Assembly: GCA_044221555.1 (NCBI GenBank)
Contig: JBGAOY010000004.1
Span: forward strand, 185,100-249,099
DNA: 64,000 nt
Direction: 5' to 3'
From: Acidimicrobiales bacterium
GTDB taxonomy: Bacteria > Actinomycetota > Acidimicrobiia > Acidimicrobiales > DATDAH01
Part shown: one piece after another, positions 56,427 through 64,000 of the stretch
Numbering within the stretch: position 1 is the first letter of the stretch
Layout of the letters: each line of letters begins with the position of its first letter
The notes under the pieces: generated by a model
Told to the model about the DNA's origin: nothing
The model's database searches: none
What the model saw: the letters and a program-made list of their open reading frames with translations, nothing else
Program-made: the position numbers and the translations under genes

Positions 56427-58922
56427 ATGGCGGATGCGACCAACGTCTCCGGTGCGATCACCGGTTCCGAGAACACCCTGTCGTTCGAGACGGGCAAGCT
56501 GGCCGGACTGGCCGACGGCGCCGTCGTCGCCCAGATCGGCGACACCGTGGTGCTGGTGACGGCCACTGCTGCCAAGGGCGTGCGGGAGGGCATCGACTTC
56601 TTCCCGCTCACCGTCGACATCGAAGAGCGCATGTACGCCGCGGGCAAGATCCCCGGCTCGTTCTTCCGTCGTGAGGGCAAGGCCTCCGATCAGGCCATCC
56701 TCACCTGTCGCCTGATCGACCGGCCGCTGCGCCCGTCGTTCCCCGAGGGCTTCCGCAACGAGATCCACATCGTGGGCACCATCCTGGGCGCCGACAAGGT
56801 CAACCCCCACGACGTGCTGGCCATCAACGCCGCCAGCGCGGCGCTGTCCCTGTCGGGTATCCCCTTCGAGGGCCCGATCGGCGCCGTCCGGGTCGCCTTC
56901 GACGCGAGCGGCACCTGGATCCCGCACCCCACCTACCAGGACGGTGACTCCAGCTCGTTCGAGATGGTGGTGGCCGGACGCATCGGTGACGACGGCGACG
57001 TCGCCATCATGATGGTGGAGGCCGGTGGCACCGAGGCGGCCTGGAAGCTGTACGAGGAGGGCGCCCCCAAGGTCACCGAGGCGGTCATCGCCCAGGGCCT
57101 CGAGGCCGCCAAGGCCTGGATCCGCGAGTCGATCGACCTGCAGAACGAGCTCGTCGAGAAGGTCGGGGGCAAGAAGCCGTCGATCACCTTCACGGCCCAG
57201 GTGGACTACAGCGACGACATCTACGCCGCCGTGTCCGCGGCCGGCACCGAGCGCCTCGCCGCGGCGATGGCCATCGCCGACAAGGCCGAGCGTGACGCGG
57301 CCACCGACACCGCCCGCGACGAGATCGTGGACGAGCTCGGCGAGCAGTTCGCCGAGGTCGAGAACGCCACCAAGCAGATCAAGGCCGCCGTCCGGTCGCT
57401 CACCAAGGCCATCGTGCGCAAGCGCATCGTGGAAGAGGGCGTGCGTATCGACGGTCGTGGCGTCACCGACATCCGGCCCCTGTCGGCCGAGGTCGGCGTG
57501 CTGCACGCGGTGCACGGCTCCGGCCTGTTCCAGCGGGGCGAGACGCAGGTGCTCAACGTGGCCACGCTGGGCATGCCCCGTATGGAGCAGATGCTCGACA
57601 CGATCGGCATCGACGACCGCAAGCGCTACATGCACCACTACAACTTCCCGCCCTTCTCCACGGGTGAGACCGGCTTCATGCGGGGCCCCAAGCGCCGAGA
57701 GATCGGTCACGGCCTGCTGGCCGAGCGGGCCCTCGTGCCGGTGATCCCCACCGTCGAGGAGTTCCCCTACACGCTGCGCACCGTGTCCGACGTGCTGTCG
57801 TCCAACGGCTCGACGTCGATGGCGTCGGTGTGCGGCTCGACCCTGTCGCTGATGGACGCGGGTGTGCCGATCAAGGCCCCCGTGGCCGGCATCGCCATGG
57901 GCCTCGTCTACGCCGAGGGCAAGTACACCGCCCTCACCGACATCCTCGGTGCCGAGGACGCCTTCGGCGACATGGACTTCAAGGTGGCCGGTACCTCCGA
58001 GTTCGTCACCGCCCTGCAGCTCGACACCAAGATCTCGGGCCTGCCGGCCGAGGTGCTGGCCAAGGCGCTCGACCAGGCCAAGGACGCCCGCCTCAAGATC
58101 CTTGAGGTGATGCACGAGGCCATCGCCGAGCCCCGTCCCGAGGTCGGCCCCACCGCCCCGAAGATCGTCAGCTTCGAGATCCCGATCGACAAGATCGGCG
58201 AGGTCATCGGTCCCAAGGGCAAGGTCATCAACGCCATCCAGCAGGAGACCGGTGCCGACATCAGCGTCGACGACGACGGCACCGTCGGCACCGTGAGCAT
58301 CGGCTCGAACGACAGCGGCGTGGTGGCCGAGGCCGAGCGCCAGATCCGCCTCATCCTGAACCCGCCCACCGCCGAGGTGGGCCAGGTGTACCAGGGCAAG
58401 GTGGTCAACATCACCAAGTTCGGTGCGTTCGTCAACATCCTCCCGGGCCGCGACGGCCTCGTCCACATCTCCAAGCTCGGCGGTGGCAAGCGCATCGACC
58501 GGGTGGAGGACGTGCTCGACCTCGGCGACGAGATCGAGGTGCGGGTGGACGATGTCGACCCCAACGGCAAGGTGTCGCTCAGCCCCGCCGACGCCCCGCC
58601 CTCCACGGGTGGTGGCGGTGGCGGTGACCGCGGGGGTCGTGACCGCGACGACCGTGGTGGCGCTCGCAGCAGCGACCGTCCCCGTGGCCGTGACCGCGAG
58701 GACCGCCCGGCCCGTGACCGTGACAGCCGCCCGTCGACCGATGCCGAGTCGTCCGACTCGGGCAGCGGCGCGGTGGCCGTGTCCTTCGAGGACGCCTTCG
58801 AGGTCGAGCTCCGCGAGGAGTTCGGCGATCTCGGCCCGGCCGAGACCCCCCGCAGCGGCTCCGGTGGTGAAGGCGGCGGCCGTGGTCGCGGCGACCGTGG
58901 TCGTCGCGGCGGGCGTCGCTGA
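56427..58922 (+). CDS. pnp: Polyribonucleotide nucleotidyltransferase (PNPase) with ~110-aa Arg/Gly/Asp-rich C-terminal tail
   Basis: GAGGAGG SD. Two RNase PH domains, KH, and S1 (GKVVNITKFGAFVNI). Confidence 0.97.
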   Translation: MADATNVSGAITGSENTLSFETGKLAGLADGAVVAQIGDTVVLVTATAAKGVREGIDFFPLTVDIEERMYAAGKIPGSFFRREGKASDQAILTCRLIDRPLRPSFPEGFRNEIHIVGTILGADKVNPHDVLAINAASAALSLSGIPFEGPIGAVRVAFDASGTWIPHPTYQDGDSSSFEMVVAGRIGDDGDVAIMMVEAGGTEAAWKLYEEGAPKVTEAVIAQGLEAAKAWIRESIDLQNELVEKVGGKKPSITFTAQVDYSDDIYAAVSAAGTERLAAAMAIADKAERDAATDTARDEIVDELGEQFAEVENATKQIKAAVRSLTKAIVRKRIVEEGVRIDGRGVTDIRPLSAEVGVLHAVHGSGLFQRGETQVLNVATLGMPRMEQMLDTIGIDDRKRYMHHYNFPPFSTGETGFMRGPKRREIGHGLLAERALVPVIPTVEEFPYTLRTVSDVLSSNGSTSMASVCGSTLSLMDAGVPIKAPVAGIAMGLVYAEGKYTALTDILGAEDAFGDMDFKVAGTSEFVTALQLDTKISGLPAEVLAKALDQAKDARLKILEVMHEAIAEPRPEVGPTAPKIVSFEIPIDKIGEVIGPKGKVINAIQQETGADISVDDDGTVGTVSIGSNDSGVVAEAERQIRLILNPPTAEVGQVYQGKVVNITKFGAFVNILPGRDGLVHISKLGGGKRIDRVEDVLDLGDEIEVRVDDVDPNGKVSLSPADAPPSTGGGGGGDRGGRDRDDRGGARSSDRPRGRDREDRPARDRDSRPSTDAESSDSGSGAVAVSFEDAFEVELREEFGDLGPAETPRSGSGGEGGGRGRGDRGRRGGRR

Positions 58923-60247
58923 GCGCCACCCTGCCCTCGAACACCCTGCCCTCGAACACCCTGCCCTCCAACGGGCACCCGGGCGGTGCGCCGGCCGACG
59001 CCGGCGACACCGTCCGCATCACCACCCTCGACAACGGCCTCCGCGTCGTCACCGAGCGCATGGAGTCCGTGCGCTCGGTGACCACCGGGGTCTGGGTCGG
59101 GGTCGGTGCGCGCGATGAGGACGAGGTGCTCTCCGGCGCCTCCCACTTCCTCGAGCACCTGCTGTTCAAGGGGACGGCCTCACGGTCGGCCCAGGACATC
59201 GCCGAGTCGGTCGATGCGGTGGGCGGCGAGATGAACGCCTTCACCGCCAAGGAGTACACCGCGTACTACACCCGGCTCCCCGCAGCCGAGGTCGACTTCG
59301 GCCTCGACCTGCTGGCCGACGTGGTCTGCGCGCCGGCGTTCCGCCCCGACGAGATCGACGCCGAGCGCCAGGTGATCCTCGAAGAGATCCTGATGAGCGA
59401 GGACACGCCCGACGACCGGGCCCACACGCTGGTGTTCGAGGCGCGGTTCCCCGGTCACCCCCTGGGGCGTGAGGTTCTGGGCAGCCCCGACACCATCGAG
59501 GCCATGACCCGCGAGCAGATCTCCGGGTTCCACGGACAGCACTACCGTCCGGAGAACCTGGTGGTGGCGGCCGCGGGGTTGTTGGACCACGACGCCGTGG
59601 TCGAGCGGGTCGCCGGGGGGTTCGCCGGGCTCGACGCGGGGTCCCGGCCCAATCGGACACCGCCGACCGCAGCGGCGCTCCCGTCGGCGGTGCTTCGTCG
59701 GCCCACCGAGCAGGTCCACCTGGCCATGGCGTGGCCGGGCTTCGACCACGAGGACCCCGATCGGTACGCCCTGTCGGTGGCCAACCACGTGCTGGGGGGC
59801 GGTACCGCCAGCCGGTTGTTCCAGGAGGTCCGCGAGAAGCGGGGCCTGGCCTACTCGGTGTACTCCTCCCCTTCGTCCTACGTGGACACCGGCATCGTCA
59901 TGGTCGAGCTGGGCACGGCGCCGAGCAGGATGGGCGAGGCGGTCGACGTGGTCGACCGGGTGATCGCCGACCTGCTCGCCGATGGCGTCACCGACAAGGA
60001 GCTCGACGTGGCCCGGGGCTACCTCGAGGGCTCGATGGTGCTCGGGCTCGAGGACAGCGGCAGCCGCATGGGCCGCATCGGCAGCAACATGTGCATCCGG
60101 GGCAAGGTCACGCCGCTGGAGGAGCACGTGCGCAAGATCCGCGGCGTCACTCACGACGACGTGCGCCGCGTGCTGCAGCGGGTGTTCGCCGCCGGCCGCA
60201 CGTTGGCCGCCGTCGGCCCGCTCGGCGAGGCCGATCTGCCCGGATGA
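58919..60247 (+). CDS. M16-family (pitrilysin/PepR-like) zinc peptidase; 5' end uncertain
   Basis: HFLEHLLFKGT inverted zincin motif. The conserved N-terminal strand ITTLDNGLRVVTE lies upstream of the first ATG (59060). The frame is open back to 58871 and contains only CTG as a near-cognate start, and CTG 58919 overlaps the pnp TGA. Confidence 0.8.
   Translation: MSATLPSNTLPSNTLPSNGHPGGAPADAGDTVRITTLDNGLRVVTERMESVRSVTTGVWVGVGARDEDEVLSGASHFLEHLLFKGTASRSAQDIAESVDAVGGEMNAFTAKEYTAYYTRLPAAEVDFGLDLLADVVCAPAFRPDEIDAERQVILEEILMSEDTPDDRAHTLVFEARFPGHPLGREVLGSPDTIEAMTREQISGFHGQHYRPENLVVAAAGLLDHDAVVERVAGGFAGLDAGSRPNRTPPTAAALPSAVLRRPTEQVHLAMAWPGFDHEDPDRYALSVANHVLGGGTASRLFQEVREKRGLAYSVYSSPSSYVDTGIVMVELGTAPSRMGEAVDVVDRVIADLLADGVTDKELDVARGYLEGSMVLGLEDSGSRMGRIGSNMCIRGKVTPLEEHVRKIRGVTHDDVRRVLQRVFAAGRTLAAVGPLGEADLPG
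58927..58971 (+). repeat. 15-bp tandem repeat x3 (CACCCTGCCCTCGAA)
   Basis: Units at 58927, 58942 and 58957. The third has one substitution. In the M16 frame they encode TLPSN x3. Confidence 0.9.
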
Positions 60248-60344
60248 TCCACCGCCGTCGGCCGTCGGCCGTCGGCCGGCGGGTGGGGCGGCCCCGCACC
60301 CGGTGCCTCGTCAGGGCGCGAGGGTGGTGGCGCCGGCCGCCGGT

Positions 60345-62930
60345 TCAGCGGCCGAGGCCGGCACTGACGACGGCCGTGGTTCCCGCGCCGACGGCGATGG
60401 GCGTGGCCCCGGCGAAGTCCGTGGCATCGTGCCAGTACTCCTGGCGACGGGCCCCGCTGGGGTCGACGATGGTGACCCGGTAGGTGCCGGGCGGTAGGCC
60501 GTCGATCGTGTAGGTGCCGTCGGCGGCCGAGACGCCTCCACCCGCGGGACCGGTCGGGCCGATGGCGATGACCCACGCGCCGGTCAGCGGGGTGTGGGAC
60601 GGGTCGTCGGTGATCGTGCCGGTGACGGCCCCGGTCGTGGGGTCGAGCGCCGCCGGCGTGCTGGCCGGGGCGGTGACCGACGCGGCGTCGGCGATCCCGT
60701 GGTACGGGCGGCCGTCGTGCCACTCCATGGCGTGGCGCCCGCTGGCGTCGAGGAAGGCCAGCTTGTAGGCGGCGGCGGGCACGTCGATGCGGTAGGTGCC
60801 GCTGGTGCCGGTGACGGTGGCCGCGGCGAGCGTGTAGTCCGAGGCTCGCAGGGCGAGCACGATCACCCCCCTGAGGGGCCGGGCCGTGCCCGACTCGGTG
60901 ACCGTGCCCGTGAGGGGCGCGCTGCCGGGCGTCGCCGCCCGCGCCGGCAGGGCGATGTCGGCCGCCGCCGTCCCGCCGGCGGTCACGGTGACCGACGCGG
61001 CCGAGGTGGGGTCGGGGGTGCCGGCGTAGAACCCCGTCGTGTGCGCACCCGTGGGGTCGAAGTACACGATCTTGTACGCCCCCGCGGCCACGTGGTCGAA
61101 CCGGTAGTGGCCCGTCGCGTCCGCGGCGACGGCCGTCTGCGGCGCACCGGTGGCGGCGTCGAGGGTGACGGCCCAGGCACCCCCTACGGGCGCGCCGCTG
61201 GTGCCGTCGGTGATCACGCCGGTGATCGACCCGCGGGTGGGTGCCATGGGCGTGGTGACGTCGGTGGGGAGACCGCGCTCCACCGTCACCGTGGACGGGG
61301 CACCGAAGAAGGCCGACCGGTGGTCGCCGCTCGAGTCGATGAGGTACAGGTGGTACGAGCCGGGGGCGGCCGGGACTCGGAAGTTGCCGTCGGCGTCGGC
61401 CACGACCGCACCGGCCAGCGACAGGTCGCCGGCCCGCAGCACCGCCACTCCGGCCCACGGCACGGGTGCGCCCGACACGGCGTCGACGACCGTGCCGGTC
61501 AACGCGGGTGCGCTGCCCGCCATCGCGTCCATCCCGGCGCGCATGGCCTCGGCGTCGATCTCGTCGGGCTCGACCGGGACCGCCCGGTAGGTGCTGATGC
61601 CCTCGACCGTCAGCACCGGCTGGCCGTCCGGGCCGAGCTCGGTGAAGAACGTGTTCCAGCCACCCCAGCTGACGACCCAGTTGCCCCCAGAGGTGCGCCG
61701 GGCCGAGCCCAGGCCGAACGAGTAGCCGGCGCGTGCGTCGGTGACGGTCTCGACGAGGGTGGCCCGGCGCGCGGCGGCGTCGATCGTGAAGCGCAGCACC
61801 CGCGGTCGCCGCGCCAGCGCCCTCGTGCCGTTGTCGAACACGCTCACCGTGCCGTCCGCCAGGATGCGGGCGTCGTGCTGGCCGCTGAACAGGCGGAGCA
61901 CCTCGGCCTCGGTCAGTTGCTGCTGGCCGTCGAACACGCTCAGGCTCTGCGGGGTGGTGGTGCCACCGAGCTTCCAGTGGACCCCCCCGGTGGCCATGTC
62001 GATGTCGTAGACGGCGTCGAGGTTGCGGATGGACACGAGCACGCGCCCGTTGCCGTCGGGCTCGACGGAGTTGGCGTGGCCCCAGACCAGCTTGTAGGCG
62101 TCGGGGGCCATCTCGGCCGCGTCGATGTGGTCCTGGGTGCGCCACGACCACACCTCGTGGCCGGCGGCGTCGAGCCGCACGAAGCGGGCCTCCTCCTCGA
62201 GGCCCCGGTCGGAGTCGTAGTACTGGAACCCGACCAGGTCGCCGTCGGGCATCCGCTGCAGGTCGTGATGGTCGAGGCCGTCGTGCACGACACGCGTGGG
62301 CGTGCCGTCCCAGGCCCGCACGTAGTAGTCACCGCCGGGCACCGTGGTGACGATCCGGCCGTCGATGATCTTGGCGTCCACCGGGGCGCCCGGGGCCTCG
62401 TTCAACCACCAGACCGGCGTGCCCTCGGCGTTCAGGACGATGTCCCAGTTGGTGTGGGTGACCACGTAGAAGGCGGCCTGGGGGGTTCCGGTGACGGTCG
62501 TGGTGAGGGTGGGGAAGCCGGACGGGAGGCAACGGATGCGGTAGCGAGTGACCGAGGCGGACGGCTCGGAGGTGGGGGCCACGTCGAAGCGGACGGTCGT
62601 GGTCGCCGGGGGCGTGACCGTGTAGGTGAACGAACCCGCCAGCGTGGATGGGGCCGGTGCGCCGGCCCCGAGCGCGACCGCGCGCACCCGGTAGCCCGGC
62701 GCCGCGGTCCCCGTGAACGTCAGCGCCTGCCCGTCGTGACAGCGGATCACGTAGTCCCGCCGGTCGGGGGCGAACCCCAGGTTCATGGCGTCGGGAGCGA
62801 CCGACAGCGCGGTGAGGCCCGCGGCCGCCGCCGGTGCCACACGGTCGGTGCCGGTGGCCCGGCTCGATCCGGCACGGGCGGGGGCCGCCGTCGTGAGGTA
62901 CGTCGCCACCACCAGCGCGGCCACGCACAC
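60345..62930 (-). CDS. Secreted multidomain protein: beta-sandwich N-domain, arylsulfotransferase (ASST)-like beta-propeller, and four CarboxypepD_reg-like repeats
   Basis: Signal-like N-terminus ...AAPARAGS. ASST-like blocks DHHDLQRMPDGD, WGHANSVEPDGNGRVLVSIRNLDAVYDIDMATGGVHWKLGG and FSGQHDARILADGTVSVFDNG. Four ~90-aa repeats of the type G(T/V)ITD...G.Y.(I/F)...PG.Y. Confidence 0.7.
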   Translation of the reverse strand: MCVAALVVATYLTTAAPARAGSSRATGTDRVAPAAAAGLTALSVAPDAMNLGFAPDRRDYVIRCHDGQALTFTGTAAPGYRVRAVALGAGAPAPSTLAGSFTYTVTPPATTTVRFDVAPTSEPSASVTRYRIRCLPSGFPTLTTTVTGTPQAAFYVVTHTNWDIVLNAEGTPVWWLNEAPGAPVDAKIIDGRIVTTVPGGDYYVRAWDGTPTRVVHDGLDHHDLQRMPDGDLVGFQYYDSDRGLEEEARFVRLDAAGHEVWSWRTQDHIDAAEMAPDAYKLVWGHANSVEPDGNGRVLVSIRNLDAVYDIDMATGGVHWKLGGTTTPQSLSVFDGQQQLTEAEVLRLFSGQHDARILADGTVSVFDNGTRALARRPRVLRFTIDAAARRATLVETVTDARAGYSFGLGSARRTSGGNWVVSWGGWNTFFTELGPDGQPVLTVEGISTYRAVPVEPDEIDAEAMRAGMDAMAGSAPALTGTVVDAVSGAPVPWAGVAVLRAGDLSLAGAVVADADGNFRVPAAPGSYHLYLIDSSGDHRSAFFGAPSTVTVERGLPTDVTTPMAPTRGSITGVITDGTSGAPVGGAWAVTLDAATGAPQTAVAADATGHYRFDHVAAGAYKIVYFDPTGAHTTGFYAGTPDPTSAASVTVTAGGTAAADIALPARAATPGSAPLTGTVTESGTARPLRGVIVLALRASDYTLAAATVTGTSGTYRIDVPAAAYKLAFLDASGRHAMEWHDGRPYHGIADAASVTAPASTPAALDPTTGAVTGTITDDPSHTPLTGAWVIAIGPTGPAGGGVSAADGTYTIDGLPPGTYRVTIVDPSGARRQEYWHDATDFAGATPIAVGAGTTAVVSAGLGR

Positions 62931-63118
62931 GATCCGGGCGCCGCCGACTGTGCGGCGTGGTGCGGTCGTCGGCGAGGGTCCGATGACCGCACGGTAGCCG
63001 CGGGCCCCCGTGGGCGTTCTGGCGGTCGGACCGAGCCGTGCGGCCTCACGGTTCGGGGAGCGGGGGCGGTGCGGCGGTGGGCCGGAGGGTGCCCGCGGCG
63101 TGCCGGTAGGGTGCGGCC

Positions 63119-63886
63119 ATGACGATCCGCGTCGGGGTGTTCGGTGCCGGCGGCCGCATGGGCGCCACGGTCTGTCAGGCGGTGGCCGACGACGACGGGC
63201 TCGAGTTGGTCGCCGCCGTCGACCCCCACCACACGGGCGCGGTGATCGCCGGGGTCACCGTGGCCGACGACGCGCAGGCCCTGGCCGACGCCGGTGCGCA
63301 GGTGGCGGTCGACTTCACCCACCTCGAGGCGTCCCGCGAGAACCTGGCGTGGCTGGCGGGGCACGGTGTGCACGCGGTGGTCGGCACCACCGGGTTCACC
63401 GACGACGACCTCGACCGCTTCCGGGCCACCTTCACCGCCAGCAACTGCCTGATCGCCCCCAACTTCGCCATCGGCGCGGTGCTGATGATGCGCTTCGCCG
63501 AGTTGGCCGCGCCCCACTTCGAGACCGCCGAGATCATCGAGTTGCACCACGACCGCAAGATCGACGCCCCGTCGGGCACGGCCATGCGCACCGCGGAGCG
63601 CATGGCCGCGGCGTCGGCGCAGTGGGGCGACGACCCCACCACGACCACCGTCGTCGCCGGCGCACGCGGGGGCGAGGGCCCCGGCCACATCCGGGTGCAC
63701 TCGGTGCGCCTGCGGGGCGTCGTGGCCCACCAGGAGGTGCTGCTCGGCACCACGGGCCAGACCCTCACCATCCGCCACGACAGCTACGACCGGTCGTCGT
63801 TCATGCCGGGTGTGGTGCTGGCCGCCAGAGAGGTGGCGAACCACCCCGGGGTCACGATCGGCCTCGACCCGCTGCTCGGGCTGTGA
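63119..63886 (+). CDS. dapB: 4-hydroxy-tetrahydrodipicolinate reductase
   Basis: IRVGVFGAGGRMG, and ELHHDRKIDAPSGTA. Confidence 0.95.
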   Translation: MTIRVGVFGAGGRMGATVCQAVADDDGLELVAAVDPHHTGAVIAGVTVADDAQALADAGAQVAVDFTHLEASRENLAWLAGHGVHAVVGTTGFTDDDLDRFRATFTASNCLIAPNFAIGAVLMMRFAELAAPHFETAEIIELHHDRKIDAPSGTAMRTAERMAAASAQWGDDPTTTTVVAGARGGEGPGHIRVHSVRLRGVVAHQEVLLGTTGQTLTIRHDSYDRSSFMPGVVLAAREVANHPGVTIGLDPLLGL

Positions 63887-63907
63887 GCCGAGCCGTCCGG
63901 CCGTAGC

Positions 63908-64000
63908 TCAGCCACCGACGATCCGCACCCTGGACCGTTCGGCGTCGGGGGCCAGGAAGGCCAGCAGGCGCTCACCCTCGGACCGCAGGTCGGCCCGATG
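63908..64000 (-). CDS. 3' end of an unidentified gene entering from the right window edge
   Basis: My translation of the minus strand is ...ADLRSEGERLLAFLAPDAERSRVRIVGG-stop (TGA at 63908-63910). High GC3. Too short to name. Confidence 0.3.
   Translation of the reverse strand, partial: HRADLRSEGERLLAFLAPDAERSRVRIVGG

Noticed and set aside
60151-63122. 666-aa minus-strand and 842-aa plus-strand ORFs overlapping the ASST-like gene
   Set aside because: They are other frames of the 60345-62930 gene. They are Arg/Gly/His-rich with no domain signatures. The chosen frame has signal peptide, propeller and repeat-domain logic.

Overview
Very GC-rich chromosomal segment (about 70% by eye, not computed). 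Gene content and order look actinobacterial. An Acidimicrobiia-like lineage is my inference only. The backbone is the conserved SRP, ribosome-maturation and translation synteny: smc ... ftsY ... ffh-rpsP-KH-rimM-trmD-rplS-yraN ... comM-dprA ... xerC-whiG-like sigma ... rpsB-tsf-pyrH-frr-cdsA-dxr-M50 protease-ispG ... proS-rimP-nusA-ylxR-infB-DUF503-rbfA-truB ... ribF ... rpsO-pnp-M16 peptidase ... dapB. Nearly every '...' is a small accessory insertion. These are: a cytochrome b-like mini protein, a MoxR-DUF58-VWA operon, a kinase, mtnA and an MprAB/PepD-like RR-HK-HtrA module between smc and ftsY; a clostripain-like lipoprotein between ftsY and ffh; three small genes between yraN and comM; an orphan HpaB-family gene between dprA and xerC; a DUF2510/septum-formation protein, a degenerate LytM and a second cytochrome b-like protein before rpsB; marC, a GyrA-head-like mini ORF and vapBC between ispG and proS; an LtaS-like transferase plus a two-permease FtsX ABC system between truB and ribF; and a large arylsulfotransferase-like secreted protein before dapB. 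I found no rRNA, tRNA, CRISPR, transposase or phage genes. Many long ORFs in the six-frame track are alternative-frame or antisense artefacts of the high GC content. The observations most worth follow-up are listed here.
- A free-standing, tyrosine-less GyrA/ParC winged-helix-like 120-aa ORF sits next to marC and a VapBC module.
- Two paralogous four-helix, two-histidine cytochrome b-like proteins are present.
- A REP/MITE-like intergenic repeat family occurs as three tandem copies after ftsY, one inverted copy after proS, and a related 70-bp duplication between rimM and trmD.
- The M16 peptidase has a conserved N-terminus that is only reachable from a CTG overlapping the pnp stop (CTGA).
- The only canonical intrinsic terminator in the window lies just upstream of rimP-nusA-infB.
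- cdsA carries a ~340-aa disordered N-terminal extension.
All homology calls come from motif recognition by eye, not from database searches.
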